Shown here: piece after piece, positions 10,280 to 22,883 of the stretch
How the letters are laid out: every line of letters begins with the position of its first letter
How positions within the stretch are numbered: the first letter of the stretch is position 1
Translations under genes and position numbers: made by a program
From: Callorhinchus milii
Lineage: Eukaryota
Direction: 5' to 3'
Length of the DNA stretch: 35,871 nucleotides
NCBI RefSeq assembly: GCF_018977255.1
Contig: NW_024705537.1
Location: 1-35,871, forward strand
The notes under the pieces: model-generated
What the model was told of the DNA's origin: nothing
The model's database searches: none
The model's input: only the letters and a program-made list of their open reading frames with translations

Positions 10280-10911
10280 CAACAACAACAACAACAAGGT
10301 TCCATTTGTATGGCGCCTTTCACGTCGGGAGAACTTCCCAAGGCGCTGGACAGTGTACAGCTTTTCAGACCCGAGCTGAGATGGGGGGGGGGAAGGGAGA
10401 GGAAGGTAAGGGGCGTGACCAATGGCATGGTCGAAGATGAGGGTCTTGAGGTGTGACTTGAAGGAGGCTAAGGAGGGGGCGAGGCGGAGTGATTGGGGAT
10501 GGAGTTCCAGAAGTTGGGAACAGAGTGCCTGAAGGCTCTCCCGCCAATGGTGGGACGGGTGGGTCGGGGAACGTGGAGCAGGCCGGAGCCGGCTGAGTTG
10601 GTAGGGGATAAGGAGGTCGCAGAGGTAGGGTAGGGCGAAGCTATGGAGGCCTTTGTAGTGAGGACCAGGATCTTGAACTGGATCCTCTGAAGGATAGGGA
10701 GCCAATGGAGTCGGATGTGAATGGGGGAGATGGGGTCATGGAATTTGGTGCAGGAGAGGACACCAGCTGCAGAGTTCTGGATTATCTGCAGTCTGTGGAG
10801 GGAGGCGTTGGGAAGGACGACAAGCAGGGCATTTGCTTAGTCGAGCGTGGAGGTGATGAAGGCATGAACAAGAGTTTCAGCGGCCTGAGGGGTGAAGTAA
10901 TGGCGGAGTCG
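10280..10911 (-). mobile_element. 5'-truncated L2-clade LINE fragment
   Basis: Frameshifted ORF2 C-terminus (..LRLAPSLASFKSHLKTLIFDHA..), (GTT)n tail, TSD ATTAA at 10275-10279 and 10912-10916. The empty site is visible in paralogous units (~20630, ~26700, ~30815). Confidence 0.88.
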
Positions 10912-11119
10912 ATTAAGGCGCGTAATCTAATCGCACTCTCCTGCTCACTCCACATACACCTCTATATTTCTCTTTTTCCAGGCTGGTCTTTTTCTTAAAT
11001 ATAATATGGGATCTGCTTCATCTTATTATTATCTTACATGCCAACCACCCTCTGTGTAAAGGGAATAATGTTGTGATGTTTAAAGCGCTCCTTGTGTTAC
11101 GTTATGTCTGCATACGTGA

Positions 11120-11133
11120 CCACAAGGTGGCAG
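11120..11133 (+). promoter_or_regulatory. CTCF-like motif
   Basis: CCACAAGGTGGCAG, an exact match to CCACNAGGTGGCAG. Confidence 0.65.
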
Positions 11134-12089
11134 CACACCCAACACAGAAAGTGGATTGTGCCTCTTCAGACTAGATAGCCACCATCTTTATATTAGTCAA
11201 ACAAAATTAAATTGTAGGCCTCAGAGTAGTCATATGTTAGCATATGAGTTGTTTTGTAGAGTTGATCTGCTGAGAAGCGGTGAAATCTGTGCTATGGGGT
11301 AATAGTCATAATTCAAAACTTCAGAATCAACATTCAACACTGGCACATCAGATATCAGACTTCAGTGAATGGGAGATGGATTCCATGGAGCAATTTGGTG
11401 AATGTACTTTTTGCGGATTTAACCACATGTCTGATACATTTGTAAACTCATTACCATAAAAGACTGAGACTTCCACGTATGTATGTCTTTTACACATGGA
11501 AAATTCTCTACGGAATGGAATACACCTCTCCCTAGAGGGATACACCCAATTTCCTAATTCCAGAGGATAATGGGCAAGGATTAGTGAGCTAAAGGTTGGA
11601 GATCCCTGAGTATCCGTTGAGACATTGCTGCAATTTAACCAGCTAAGACGACATAACATGCTATTGATAGCACTGCCCAGCAAGCTTGCCCAACGAGGAC
11701 CACTATACTAGTCAGGGCTTTGGCTTGCAGAGCAAATAGGAACTGAGTGACAAGTGTTCTTTTTCCTAGGAAACTAGTCCACCTCTGCAACTTGTGCCAA
11801 AGAGTTAGCTGGCTGGCCTGTCAGCGGCAGGGCCCTGTATTACTGTGATCTCTCTGGCTAAGAATACTAAGGACTTCTTCAGCTGGAACTCCATTTTGAT
11901 CTGATGGTATCCCTCTCCCAAAGGGCAAAAAGATCCCAAGAAAAAGAAAAAACACTCCTCTAGTTGGTATTTCAGTTGTTGTATAAACACAGAAGCTGTA
12001 TCCTAGGACTGGAGCACAACACATTTGTTATTCAAAAAGGGAGTGAGTAATGTGCTTATTATGTTACATATTCAATATTTAATTATCAG

Positions 12090-12325
12090 CCTGGTTTGGC
12101 TGCTAGCAGGCTGTCTCTGAGCAAGAAGGTTGTGGGTTCAAGCCCCGTATCAGGACTTGGAACTGATATATTCTATGCTGACTCATCCAGTGCCGAATTG
12201 TTGGAGGAGCTGTCCTTCAGATGAAACATTATCCCAAGATCCAGTTTGCTTTGTCCAGGAGAACATTAAAGATCCCAAGGCACTATTCAAAACGTGAAAG
12301 GAGTATATCATGGTGTCGTGGCCTT
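12090..12325 (+). mobile_element. Old degraded SINE fragment (shark Deu-SINE-like), carried in the repeat unit
   Basis: CTGAGCAAGAAGGTTGTGGGTTCAAG (B box)...GTCCTTCAGATGAAAC...AAAGATCCCAAGGCACTATT. Resembles chondrichthyan Deu-SINE 5' regions from memory; not database-checked. Confidence 0.55.
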
Positions 12326-12748
12326 TGTTGGGACTTCATCTTAAAATTAATACTTGCAGCCAATTGAAATACTAGCATGTTGTTTCAAAGCTGCAATTAT
12401 CATATTTGGGAAACAATTACGTTTTTCATCTTTGTAATTGATTTTGTTCGTTTACAAGCCCACTATGCGATTATTGTTGTGCAATCTACCATAGGTGTAA
12501 AATTTCAGAGTGACTAAAATAAGGTTTCTCTACAATGCTTTCCATCCTGTTAATACAATGAACACAACGCTCTTTTTACAGTTCTTCCCAGTTTCTGGAC
12601 CACAACTATCAGGATTGACCAGACTGTGATCTCTCTGCTGCAGTTAACAATCTCCTCCTCAATACACTGAGAACCAACTGCAGCCGTGTTGGCTTCCGAG
12701 TGAAAGGGAAGTTTTTGTACGATCTCTTGTGTGTCTGCAGCTGCTGTG

Positions 12749-13179
12749 TGAATCCCAGACACCACAATAATAAATGCCACTGTCATCCGAGGTGAGGCTT
12801 TTGATTCTGAGAGTGCACGAGTCCCCACTTTTATGAGCAGAAAAACGCGGAAAATCAGGCGAGTTTTCTTTCTTATTTCCTGAGTGGTAATAGAGGATCC
12901 ATTGCAGTCCCTTCCCGGGAGTTTCACGGTACCAGTGAACATAGTCATTTTCCATATCACTCTTTGTACAGCTAATCATCGCTGCCTTTCCTGATTTCGC
13001 GATAATGGATCTGGGCTGTGACAAGGTAAAGCCATCACAGCCAACTGGAAAGAGAAAAACAATCATTAGGTTATTTTACTCTCTCTCTCTCTGACAATCT
13101 GATGGTTACTGAATGGCATCCAGATAAACTTACGCGACAGCAAGACGGTCAGTACACAGACACAGCCTGTCCTCGGCAT
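12749..13179 (-). CDS. TRGV: TRGV-like V segment, family 1, intact
   Basis: Leader 13179-13134 (MPRTG..), V exon 13044-12749, RSS 12748-12710. Confidence 0.9.
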
Positions 13180-14482
13180 GTTTGATACCATGTGTGGCCC
13201 AGGAACAGCTTCAAGCCAATTTGACCATCTCAGTTGGCTCGTCTTCCTGTGGGAAAGATCCAAACCCGTTTGCACCAATTAGAGCAGTTTTGTGGTTGTT
13301 TCCTCCTCCCCTCAGCGCGTAATACTCGAAGCTTTACTTGTCTATTTGCCATATATTCTCATAACTTGGCTCAATTGAAAGCAATTTATTCCTATAGAAT
13401 TTGATCTCCTTATCTTGCTTTACACTGGGGGAACGCAGCACAGTCAGAAGTACTGTCTTTGGGGTGAGATGTTCTACCGAGTTCCCTTGCTTCAATCAGA
13501 TGGACACTAGAAATATTATGACACTAACAAAAAAGTTTTTCTCTCTGCCCTGGCCAAACTTCCCCATTAGGTACTGCTGTTTTCGGGAACTTGCTGGTGC
13601 AAATGGGTTTGAGTTTGCCTACAAAGGCAGCCACTGCACACTGACCAACGGTTACTCCTGAAGGGATTAGATACACAGCAACATGATATGGAAGTTATAC
13701 CCTGACCAGTCCAGCAGCAGCTTGGTATGACAATAATTCATACCAAGAGCTATTGATAGAAACATTTTGAATCGAAAGAGGCTTTGGGGTTCATATAATG
13801 TTCATTGATATCACTTTGCGAAACCTCACACACACTTGGGGACACCAACCATATTGACCTACTGTCAGAGTGAAATTCCATTAGACATTAGTCAAATATG
13901 TTAATACAGCAAATGTTTTACCTCTTTCAAACGCCCCCTCCTGCCCTCTACAACTGATACAATTCAAGCTTGAAGGGTCACGTAATCATCAATTCTTACA
14001 TTATCTTACTCTCTCCTATTCCTTTCAACCTTACTAGTGCCGTAAATCTCATCCTATGTGAACGTGTCTCAATAAAAATGGAACGATACAAGTGACCCAG
14101 AAAATGATTGTTACAGATTGTTAATTCGTGATTATTTGTTGCAAATTCTGTTCAACAGAACATCTTTGCTGTTGTAATTCCTGTTTTAATCAACTTTACT
14201 ATGAATTGTTTTACACCCATTCCCTCTGCTTATTTTTCTTTGGAGCTCTTGGAACTTGTTGACTGGTTTAAAAATGTGTGTCTTTGTGGTCAGTTCGCCA
14301 CCTGCTCGAAATCTGCCTCCGTTAAGCAGAGCTGCGACAGGAAGTTGGAAAGGCTTTTATAAACCAGCACCAAGCAAAAGATTTTAAGGCATATTTACTT
14401 ACAATTTTTTTATATTTGGACCTTTTACTAGAAAACAGATTCACAGAAAATACCTTGTGTTGCTTTACGTCTATATACACGA

Positions 14483-14496
14483 CCACAAGGTGGCAG
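14483..14496 (+). promoter_or_regulatory. CTCF-like motif
   Basis: CCACAAGGTGGCAG. Confidence 0.65.
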
Positions 14497-15464
14497 CACA
14501 CCCAACACAGTAGGTGGATAGTGCCTCTTCAGACCAGATATCCACCATGTTTATATTAGTGAAATGAAAGTAAATTGTAGGCCTCAGAGTAGTCGCATGT
14601 TAGCTTATGAGTGATTTCGTAGGGTTGATCTGCTGATGAGCGCGGAAATCTGTGCTATGGGTTGATAGTCATGATTCAAGTTTTCAGAATCAACATTCAA
14701 CACTGGCACATCAGAAACCAGGCCTCAGTGAATGGGAGATGGATTCCATGCAGCAATTTGGTGAATGTACTTTTGGGGTGGGTTGGGCAGTGTCAACCAC
14801 ATATCTGATATATGTGAAAATTCATCACCATACCAGACTGAGATTTTTGTGTATGTATATCTCTTACACATGGAAACCTCTCTTTGGAATGGATTACACA
14901 CTCTCTCCTTGGAGGGACACACCCTATTTCCTAATTCCAGAGAGTATTGGCCACAGTTTAGCGAGCCAAAGCTTAGCAATCCCTGAGTATCTGTTGGCTC
15001 ATTCCTGCTGTTTAACTAGCTAAAACTGCATAACGTCCCATTGAATACACTGCCAAGCAAGCTTGCCCATCGAAGACCACACTTCTAGTCAGGCCTTTGG
15101 CTTGCAGAGTAAACAGGAGCTGAGTGGGAAGTGTCCATGTTCACATTGAACCGTTCCACCCCTCCAAGTTCTGCCGAAGAGTTGGCTGGTCGTTCGGTCA
15201 TAGGCAGGCCCTGGTACTCTGTGATCTGACCGGCTAGGAAAACTTGAATCTTCATCAGCTGAAACTCCCTTTTAATCCGGTGATATCCCTCCATCAATGG
15301 GCACAAAGATTCTCACAAAGAAAAACCCTCCTCTGGTTGGTATTTCATGAGTAGCATACACAAAACCTGTATCTGTAGACTTGAGGACAACACATTTTAT
15401 ATTCAAAAAGTAAGTGTGGTGGTTGCTTGAAAGATGTTACATATTCATTATTTAACTATCATCC

Positions 15465-15840
15465 AGGTACAGTTGGTAGCACTCTTTCCTCTGAGTAAGA
15501 AGGTTGAGGGTTCAACATGACATGACATAATATAACATAACATGTAGGAGCAGGAGTAGGCCATTCGGCCCTTTGAGCCTGCCCTGCCATTCAATCATGG
15601 CTGATCTTCTAATCTAACTCCAGCTAATAACCTAACACTGCCTTATCCCCTTCAAGCCCCATATCAGAACTTGGACCCGATATAGTCTATGCTGTCTAAT
15701 CCGGTGCTGAATTGTTGGGGGTGCCATCCTTCAGATGACACATAATCCCGAGATCCAGTCTGCTTTGTGCAGGTGGACACCAAAGGTCCCAAGGAACGAT
15801 TCAAAAAGTGAAAGGAGTTTATCCCGGTGTCCTGGCCTTT
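15465..15840 (+). mobile_element. Old SINE fragment (paralogue of 12090-12325) with nested insertion
   Basis: Same motifs, interrupted at the B box by 15516-15650. Confidence 0.55.
15516..15650 (-). mobile_element. CR1-like LINE 3' terminal fragment
   Basis: ACATAACATGTAGGAGCAGGAGTAGGCCATTCGGCCCTTTGAGCCTG resembles the antisense CR1 3' end with a pentamer microsatellite tail. TSD TTCAA at 15511-15515 and 15651-15655; empty site at ~21843. Confidence 0.7.
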
Positions 15841-16246
15841 GTTGGGATTAATCTTAAAATTAACACCTGCAACCAATTAAAATAATAGTGTGTTGTTTCA
15901 AAACTGGAATTATGCTATTTGGAAAACGATTAGTTTTTTCAAGTTTGTAATTGAATTTTATTCGTTTTCAAGCCCAAAATGTGATTATTGTTTGCAATCT
16001 ATCACTGATGAGACTAAATTAAGGTGCAGCTATAACTCTTTCAATCCTGTTAATACAATGATGCAACGCCCTCTATATACTTCTTCACAATATCTGGACC
16101 ACAAGTATCCGAATTGACTAGGCTGTGTTCTCTCTGCTGCAGTTAACAGACTCCTCCTCAATACACTGAGACCCAACTGCAGTCGAGCAGGTCTCCAGTT
16201 AAAAGCAAGTTTTTGTGCGATCTCTTGTGTTTCTGCAGCTGCTGTG

Positions 16247-16574
16247 TGAATCCCAGACACCACAATAATAAATACCACTGTCATCCGAGGTGAGACTTTT
16301 GATTTTGAGAGTACACGAGTCCCCATTTTTTTGAGCAGAATAAACAAGAAAATCAGGTGATTTATGTTTCTTATTTTCTGAGTGGTAATAGAGGATCCAT
16401 TGCAGTCCCTTCCCGGGAGTTTCACGATACCAGTGAACATAGTCATTGCCAATATTATTCTTTGTACAGGTAATCCTCGCTACTGATCCTGATTTCCCGG
16501 TCAGGGATTTGGGCTGTGACAAGGTAAAGCCATCACAGCCAACTGGAAAGACAAAAACAATCATTAGGTTATTT

Positions 16575-16608
<34 letters not shown>

Positions 16609-16699
16609 CTCTGACAATCTGATGGTTACTGAAATGCATCCAGATAAACTTACGCGACAGCAAGACGGTCAGTACACAGACACAGCCTGTCCTCAGCAT
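16247..16699 (-). CDS. TRGV: TRGV-like V segment, family 1, intact
   Basis: Leader 16699-16654, V exon 16542-16247, RSS 16246-16208. The intron has an expanded (CT)n. Confidence 0.9.
16577..16612. repeat. (CT)n microsatellite in leader intron
   Basis: Longest version of a CT run whose length varies among family-1 introns. Confidence 0.85.
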
Positions 16700-17059
16700 G
16701 TTTGATACCATGTGTGGCCCAGGAACAGCTTCAAGCGAATTTGACCATCTCAGTTGACTCGTCTTCCTGTGGGAAAGATCCAAACCCGTTTGTACCAATT
16801 AGAGCCGTTTTGTGGTTGTTTCCTCCTCCCCTCAGAGCGGAATACTCAAAGTTTTACTATTTTACACTCTGCTGCTCACTCCACATACACCTCAATATTT
16901 CCCTTTTTCAAGGCTTTACCTTTTTTATGTAAAGGATGGGCTGTGTATCAACTATAGTTTATCGAAGATCATGTTACATGCCAACCACTCTCTGTGTAAA
17001 GGGAATAAGGTTGTGATGTTTGATTCATCACTTATGTTACTTTACGTCTGCTTACACGA

Positions 17060-17073
17060 GCACAAGGTGGCAG
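17060..17073 (+). promoter_or_regulatory. CTCF-like motif
   Basis: GCACAAGGTGGCAG (1 mismatch). Confidence 0.55.
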
Positions 17074-17836
17074 CACACCCAACACAGTAAAGGTATTCTA
17101 CCTCTTCAGATCAGATATCCACCGTATCTATATTAATGAAAGTAAATTGTAGGCCTCCGAGTAGTCATGTGTTGGCTTATGAGTTATTTAATTTTGGTGG
17201 GGAAGGGATGGGTTAGCCACATGTCTCATACATGTGATAACTCATCACCATTCCAGACAGAGTTCCATATATGTATGCCTCTTACACATGGAATGGAATA
17301 CAAACTCTCTCCCTGGAGAGACCCACGCTGCATCCTAATTCCAGAGAGTATTGACCACAAGTTAGGAGCCAAATTTCAGTAATCCCTGAGTATCTGTTGG
17401 GACTTTTTGCTGCAGTTTAACCAGCTAAAGCTGCATAACTTGCCATTGAAAGCACTTCCCAGCAAGCTTGCCCAACGAGGACTACCCTACTAGTCAGGGT
17501 TTTGGTTTGCATACTAAATAGGAGCTGAGTGGGAAGAGTCCTTGTTGCCAGTGAACCTGTCCACCCCTTCGAGTTGCGCCGAAGGGTTGGCTGTCTGATC
17601 GGTTACAGGCAGTGCCCTAGAACACTGTCATCTCCTCGACTAAGAAAATTAGTGTCTTCTTCAGATGAACATCCCTCTTGATCTGTTGATATCCCTCCCC
17701 CATTGGGCACAAAGATTCTCACAAAAAAAGTACTTCTACGGTTAGTATTTCAGGAGTCATATAGACATAGAAGCTGTCTTCAAGGACTGGAGGACAACAC
17801 ATTAGTTATTCAAAAAGGGAGTGAGGAATGTGCTTC

Positions 17837-18145
17837 ACAGTGCCCGTTGCCTTCGTTCCTCAGGGTCTGGCCTCCTCCTTGTCTGCCGAGTTCTCCGCTC
17901 CACCATCGGCGGCCGTGCCTTCAGCTATGATGCCCCGAGGCTCTGGAACTCCCTTCCTCACTTCCTTCGCCTCGCTCCCTCTCTTCCTATTTTCAGGTCT
18001 CTGCTGAAGAACTTTCTTTTCGACCGCACTTTTGGTCACCTTCTTCCCCACCGCCTGGCGGCCCCGGGATCCATTACAGTGAAGCACTCTGAGACACCGT
18101 CCAGTGTGGAGGGCGCTATATAAATCCAAGATGTTGTTGTTGTTG
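17837..18145 (+). mobile_element. 5'-truncated L2-clade LINE fragment
   Basis: ORF2 end STIGGRAFSYDAPRLWNSLPHFLRLAPSLPIFRSLLKNFLF, 3' UTR GGCGCTATATAAATCCAAG and (GTT)n tail. Absent from paralogous units. Confidence 0.88.
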
Positions 18146-18169
18146 TTACACATTCAATAAGTAAATTCC

Positions 18170-18390
18170 AGCCTGATTCAGTTGCTAACACTCTTGCCTC
18201 TGAGTAAGAAGGTCATGGGTTCAAACCCCATATAGTCTATGCTGACTAATCCAGTGCTGAATTGTTGGAGGTGCTGTCCTTCAGATGAAAATTTATTGAG
18301 AGATCCAATTTGCTTTGTCCAGATGGACACTCAAGATCCTAAGGAACTATTCAAAAAGTGAAAGGCTTTTATTCCAGTATTGTGACCTTT
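18170..18390 (+). mobile_element. Old SINE fragment (paralogue of 12090-12325)
   Basis: Same degraded motifs. Confidence 0.5.
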
Positions 18391-18813
18391 GTTGGGATTC
18401 AATCTTAAAATTAATACATGCAGCCAATTGAAATACAAGCGTGTTGTTTCAAAGCTGGAATTATCCTATTTAGGAAACGATTAGGTTTTTCATGTTTCTG
18501 ATTGAATTTTATTCGATTTCAAGCCCACCATGTGATTATTGTTGTGCAATCTACCATAGGTGTAAAATGTCAGAGTGACTAAAATAAGGTTTTTCTATAA
18601 CTCTTTCCATCCTGTTAATACAATGAACGCAACCCACTTTTTGTAGTTCTTCCCAGTTTCTGGACCACAACTATCAGGATTGACCAGACTGTGATCTCTC
18701 TGCTGCAGTTAACAATCTCCTCCTCAATACACTGAGACCCAACTGCAGCCGTGTTGGCTTCCGAGTGAAACACAAGTTTTTGTGCGATCTCTTGTGTGTC
18801 TGCAGCTGCTGTG

Positions 18814-19244
18814 TGAATCCCAGACACCACAATAATAAATGCCACTGTCATCTGAGGTGAGTCTTATGATTCTGAGAGTGCACGAGTCCCCACTTTTATG
18901 AGCAGAAAAACGCGGAAAATCAGGCAAGTTTTCTTTCTTATCTTCTGAGTGGTAATAGAGGATCCATTGCAGTCCCTTCCCAGGAGTTTCACGGTACCAG
19001 TGAATGTAGTCATTGCCAATATTATTCTTTGTACAGGTAATCCTCGCTATCTTTCCTAATTTGCCGAACATGGATAAGGGCTGTGACAAGGTAAAGCCAT
19101 CACAGCCAACTGGAAAGACATAAACAATTATTAGGTTATTTTACTCTCTTTCTCTCTGACAATCTGATGGTTGCTGAATTGCATCCAGATAAACTTACGC
19201 GATAGCAAGACGGTCAGCACACAGACACAGCCTGTCCTCAGCAT
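18814..19244 (-). CDS. TRGV: TRGV-like V segment, family 1, intact
   Basis: Leader 19244-19199, V exon 19109-18814, RSS 18813-18775. Confidence 0.9.
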
Positions 19245-20844
19245 GTTTGATACCATGTGTGGCCCAGGAACAGCTTCAAGCCAATTTGACCATCTCAGTT
19301 GGCTCGTCTTCCTGTGGGAAAGATCCAAACCCGTTTGCACCAATTAGAGCAGTTTTGTGGTTGTTTCCTCCTCCCCTCAGAGCATAATACTCGAAGCTTT
19401 ACTTTGTCTCTTTGCCATTTATTCATTATTCTAATAACTTGGCTCATTTGATAGAACTTTACTCCCACAGGATTTGAGCTCCTAATCTTGTTTTGCAATG
19501 GGGGAACAGAGCACGGTCAGAGGTACTGTCTTTGGGGGTGAGATGTTCAATCGATGTCCCATTGCCTCATTCAGGTTGCCACTAGAAATATTATGACTCT
19601 TTCAATAACGAAGCTTTTCTCTCTGCCCTGGCCAAGATTGCTCTTTGTGTTCGGGAACTTGCTGGTGCAAATGGGTTTGAGTTTGCCTACAAAGGCAGCC
19701 ACTGCACACTGACCAACAGTTACTTATGAAGGGATTAGATACATAGCAACATGATATGGAAGTTATACCCTGACCAGCCCAGCAGCAGATTGACAACAAT
19801 TCATACCAAGAGCTATTGATAGAAACATTTTGATTCTACAGAGGATTTGGTGTTGATATAATTTTCATTGATATCACTTTGCGAAACCTCACACACACTT
19901 GGGGACACCAACCATAATGACCTACTGTCAAAGTGGAATTCCTTTGGACATTAGTCAAAAATGTTAATACAGCAAATGTTTTACTTCTTTCAAACACTCC
20001 CTCCTGCCCTCTACAACTAATACCATTCAAGCTTGGGGGGTCACGTAATCATCAATTCTCACATTATCTTCCTTTCTCCTATTCTTTTCAACCTTACTCG
20101 TGCCCTAAATCTCATCCTATATGAACGTGTCGCAATAAAAATGGAAACGATACAAATGACCCGGAAAATGATTGTTACAGATTGTTAATTCGTGATTATT
20201 TGTTGCACATTCTGTTCCACAGAACGTCTTTGATGTCGTAAGTCCTGTTTTAATCAGTTTTTCTGTTAATTGTTTTACACCCATTCCCCCTGCTTGTTTT
20301 GCTTTAGAGCACTTGGAACTTATTGACTGATTTAAAAATGTGTGTCTTTGTGGTCAGTTCGCCCCATGTTCGAAATCTGCCTCCGTTAAGCAGAGCTGCG
20401 CCAGGAATGTTGAAAGGCTTTCATAGACTTCCACCAAGCAAAGATTTAAAGGCATATTTACTTATTTTTTATTATTGATCCGTTCACTAGAAAATAGATT
20501 AACAGAACATACCAGGAAGTGCATAGTGACTTGGCCCGTCTTGATCTGTGTTATAGAATCACAGAATGTTACAGCATAGAAACACACCAATTAGCTCACT
20601 AAGGCTGCACTGGTGTTTTGCTCTATATTAAGGCACTTATTCTAATCGCACTCTCCTGCTCACTGCACATACTCCTCAATATTTCTCTTTTTCCAGTCTT
20701 TACGTTTTCTTAAATATAATATGGGATATTCTTCAACTATGGTTTATGGCAGATGATTTTACGTGCCAACCATCCTCTGTGTAAAGGGAGTAACGTTGTG
20801 ATGTTTAAAGCGTTACTTGAGTTACTTTACATCTGGATACACGA

Positions 20845-20858
20845 CCACAAGGTGGCAG
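20845..20858 (+). promoter_or_regulatory. CTCF-like motif
   Basis: CCACAAGGTGGCAG. Confidence 0.65.
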
Positions 20859-21794
20859 CACACCCAACACAGTTGGTGTATAGTGCCTCTTCAGACCAGA
20901 TAGCCACCATTTCTATATCAGTGAAATGAAAGTAAATTGTAGGACTCAGAGTAGTCATATGGTGGCCTATGAGTTATTTTGTATTGTTGATCTGCTGAGG
21001 AGCATTGAAATCTGTGCCATGGGGTGATAGTCATGATTCAAGGCTTCAAAATCAACATTCAATATTGCCACATCAGAGACCAGGCCTCAGTGAATGGGAG
21101 ATGGATTCCATGCAAGAATTTGGTGAATGTACTTTGTGGGGGAGGCGGGTGTGGGGCAGTATCAGACACATGTCTGATAATTGTAAACAATCATCACCAT
21201 ACCAGACTGAGATTTCTGTGTATGTATGTCTCTTACACATGGAAACCTCTCTTTGGAATGGAGTACACACTCTCTCCTTGGAGGGATACACCCTACTTCC
21301 TAATTCCAGAGAGTATTGCCTCAGTTTAGCGAGCCAAAGCTTGGCAATCCTGAGTATCTGTTGACTCATTGCTGCAGTTTAACCAGCTAAAACCACATAA
21401 CTTGCCGTTTAAAGCAAAACCCCGCAAGCGTGCCCAACGAAGATCACCCTACCAGTCAGGCCTTTGGCTTACAGAGTAAATAGGAGCTGAGTGGGAAGTG
21501 TCTTTGTTCCCATTGAACTGTCGTTCGGTCATAGGCAGGGCACTGGAACTCTGTGATCCTCCCGGCTAAGAAAACTTGGGTCTTCTTCAGCCAAAACTCC
21601 CTTTTGATCTGGTGATATCCCTCCATCAATGGGCACAAAGATTCTCACAAAGAAAAACTCTCCTCTGGTTGGTATTTCAGAAGTAGCGTACACAAAACCT
21701 GTATCCACGGACTGGAGTACAACGCATTTGATACTCAAAAAGGAAGTGAGGTGTATGCTTGATACATGTTTAAAATTCAATATCTAACGATCAT

Positions 21795-22030
21795 CCTGGT
21801 ACAATTGGTAGCACTCTTTCCTCTGAGTAAGAAGGTTGAGGGTTCAAGCCCCATATCAGGACTTGGACCTGATATACTCTATGTTGACTGATTCGGTGCT
21901 GAATTGTTGGAGGTTCCATCCTTCAAATGAAACATTATCCCAAGCTCCAGTCTGCTTTGTGCAGTTTGACAACAAAGGTCCCAAGGCACAATTCAAAAAG
22001 TGAAAGGAGTTTATCCCGGTGTCCTGGCCT
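21795..22030 (+). mobile_element. Old SINE fragment (paralogue of 12090-12325)
   Basis: Same degraded motifs. Confidence 0.5.
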
Positions 22031-22452
22031 TTGTTGGGATTAATCTTAAAATTAATACACGCAGCAAATTAAAACAACAGGGCATTGATTCAAATCTGGA
22101 ATTATCCTATTTGGGAAATGATTAGGTTTTTTTTGTTTGTAATTGAATTTTATTCGTTTTCAAACCCAAAATGTGATTATTGTTGTGCAATCTATCACTG
22201 ATGCAAAATGTCAGAGTGACTAAATTAACGTTCCTCTATAACTCTTTCGATCCTGTTAATAAAAAGAACGCAACGCCCTCTTTATAGTTCATTCCAGTTT
22301 CTGGATCACAGCTTTCAGAATTGACCAGACTGTGTTCTCTCTGCTGCAGTTAACAATCTCCCCCTCAACACACTGAGACCCAACTGCACCCGAGTGGGCT
22401 CGAGTGAAAGTCAAGTTTTTGTACAATCTCTTGTGTGTCTGCAGGTCCTGTG

Positions 22453-22883
22453 TGAATCCCAGACACCACAATAATAGTTGCCACTGTCATTCGTCTTAAC
22501 TTTTATGATTGTGACAATATTCAAGTCCCCACTTTTATCAGCATAAAAACGCATTGGAAAATCAGGTGAATTTTCTTTCTCAGTTCCTTTGTTGTAGAGA
22601 ATCCATTGAAGCTCCTTACTCGCTTTCTCATGGTACCAGTGAATATAGTCTTCGCCCATCGATTTATTGTGCATTGTACAGGTAATCCTTGCTGTTTTTC
22701 ATTGATTATTGATCATGGATGTGGGCTGTGACAAGGTAAAACCATCACAGCCAACTGGAAACAGAAAATAAAATCATCAGCATCATTTACTGTCTCTGAT
22801 GATGTGATGATCATTAAATTGCACATAAAGAAACTTACGTGATACCAATGCATACAGTACACAGACACAACCTGCCCCCACAT
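22453..22883 (-). pseudogene. TRGV: TRGV-like family 3, leader frameshift plus stop
   Basis: Leader exon is 45 nt (46 nt in the 32076 copy; one G missing from a G run). TGA in FR1 at 22701-22699. RSS CACAGGA-23-ACAAAAACT at 22452-22414. Confidence 0.88.

Noticed and set aside
19602-19799. Cys-rich small ORFs (GQGITSISCCYV..) at 9.3, 19.6 and 25.7 kb
   Set aside because: Starts, stops and frames differ between copies (indels at 13.6 and 29.9 kb), with no recognisable domain or splice structure.
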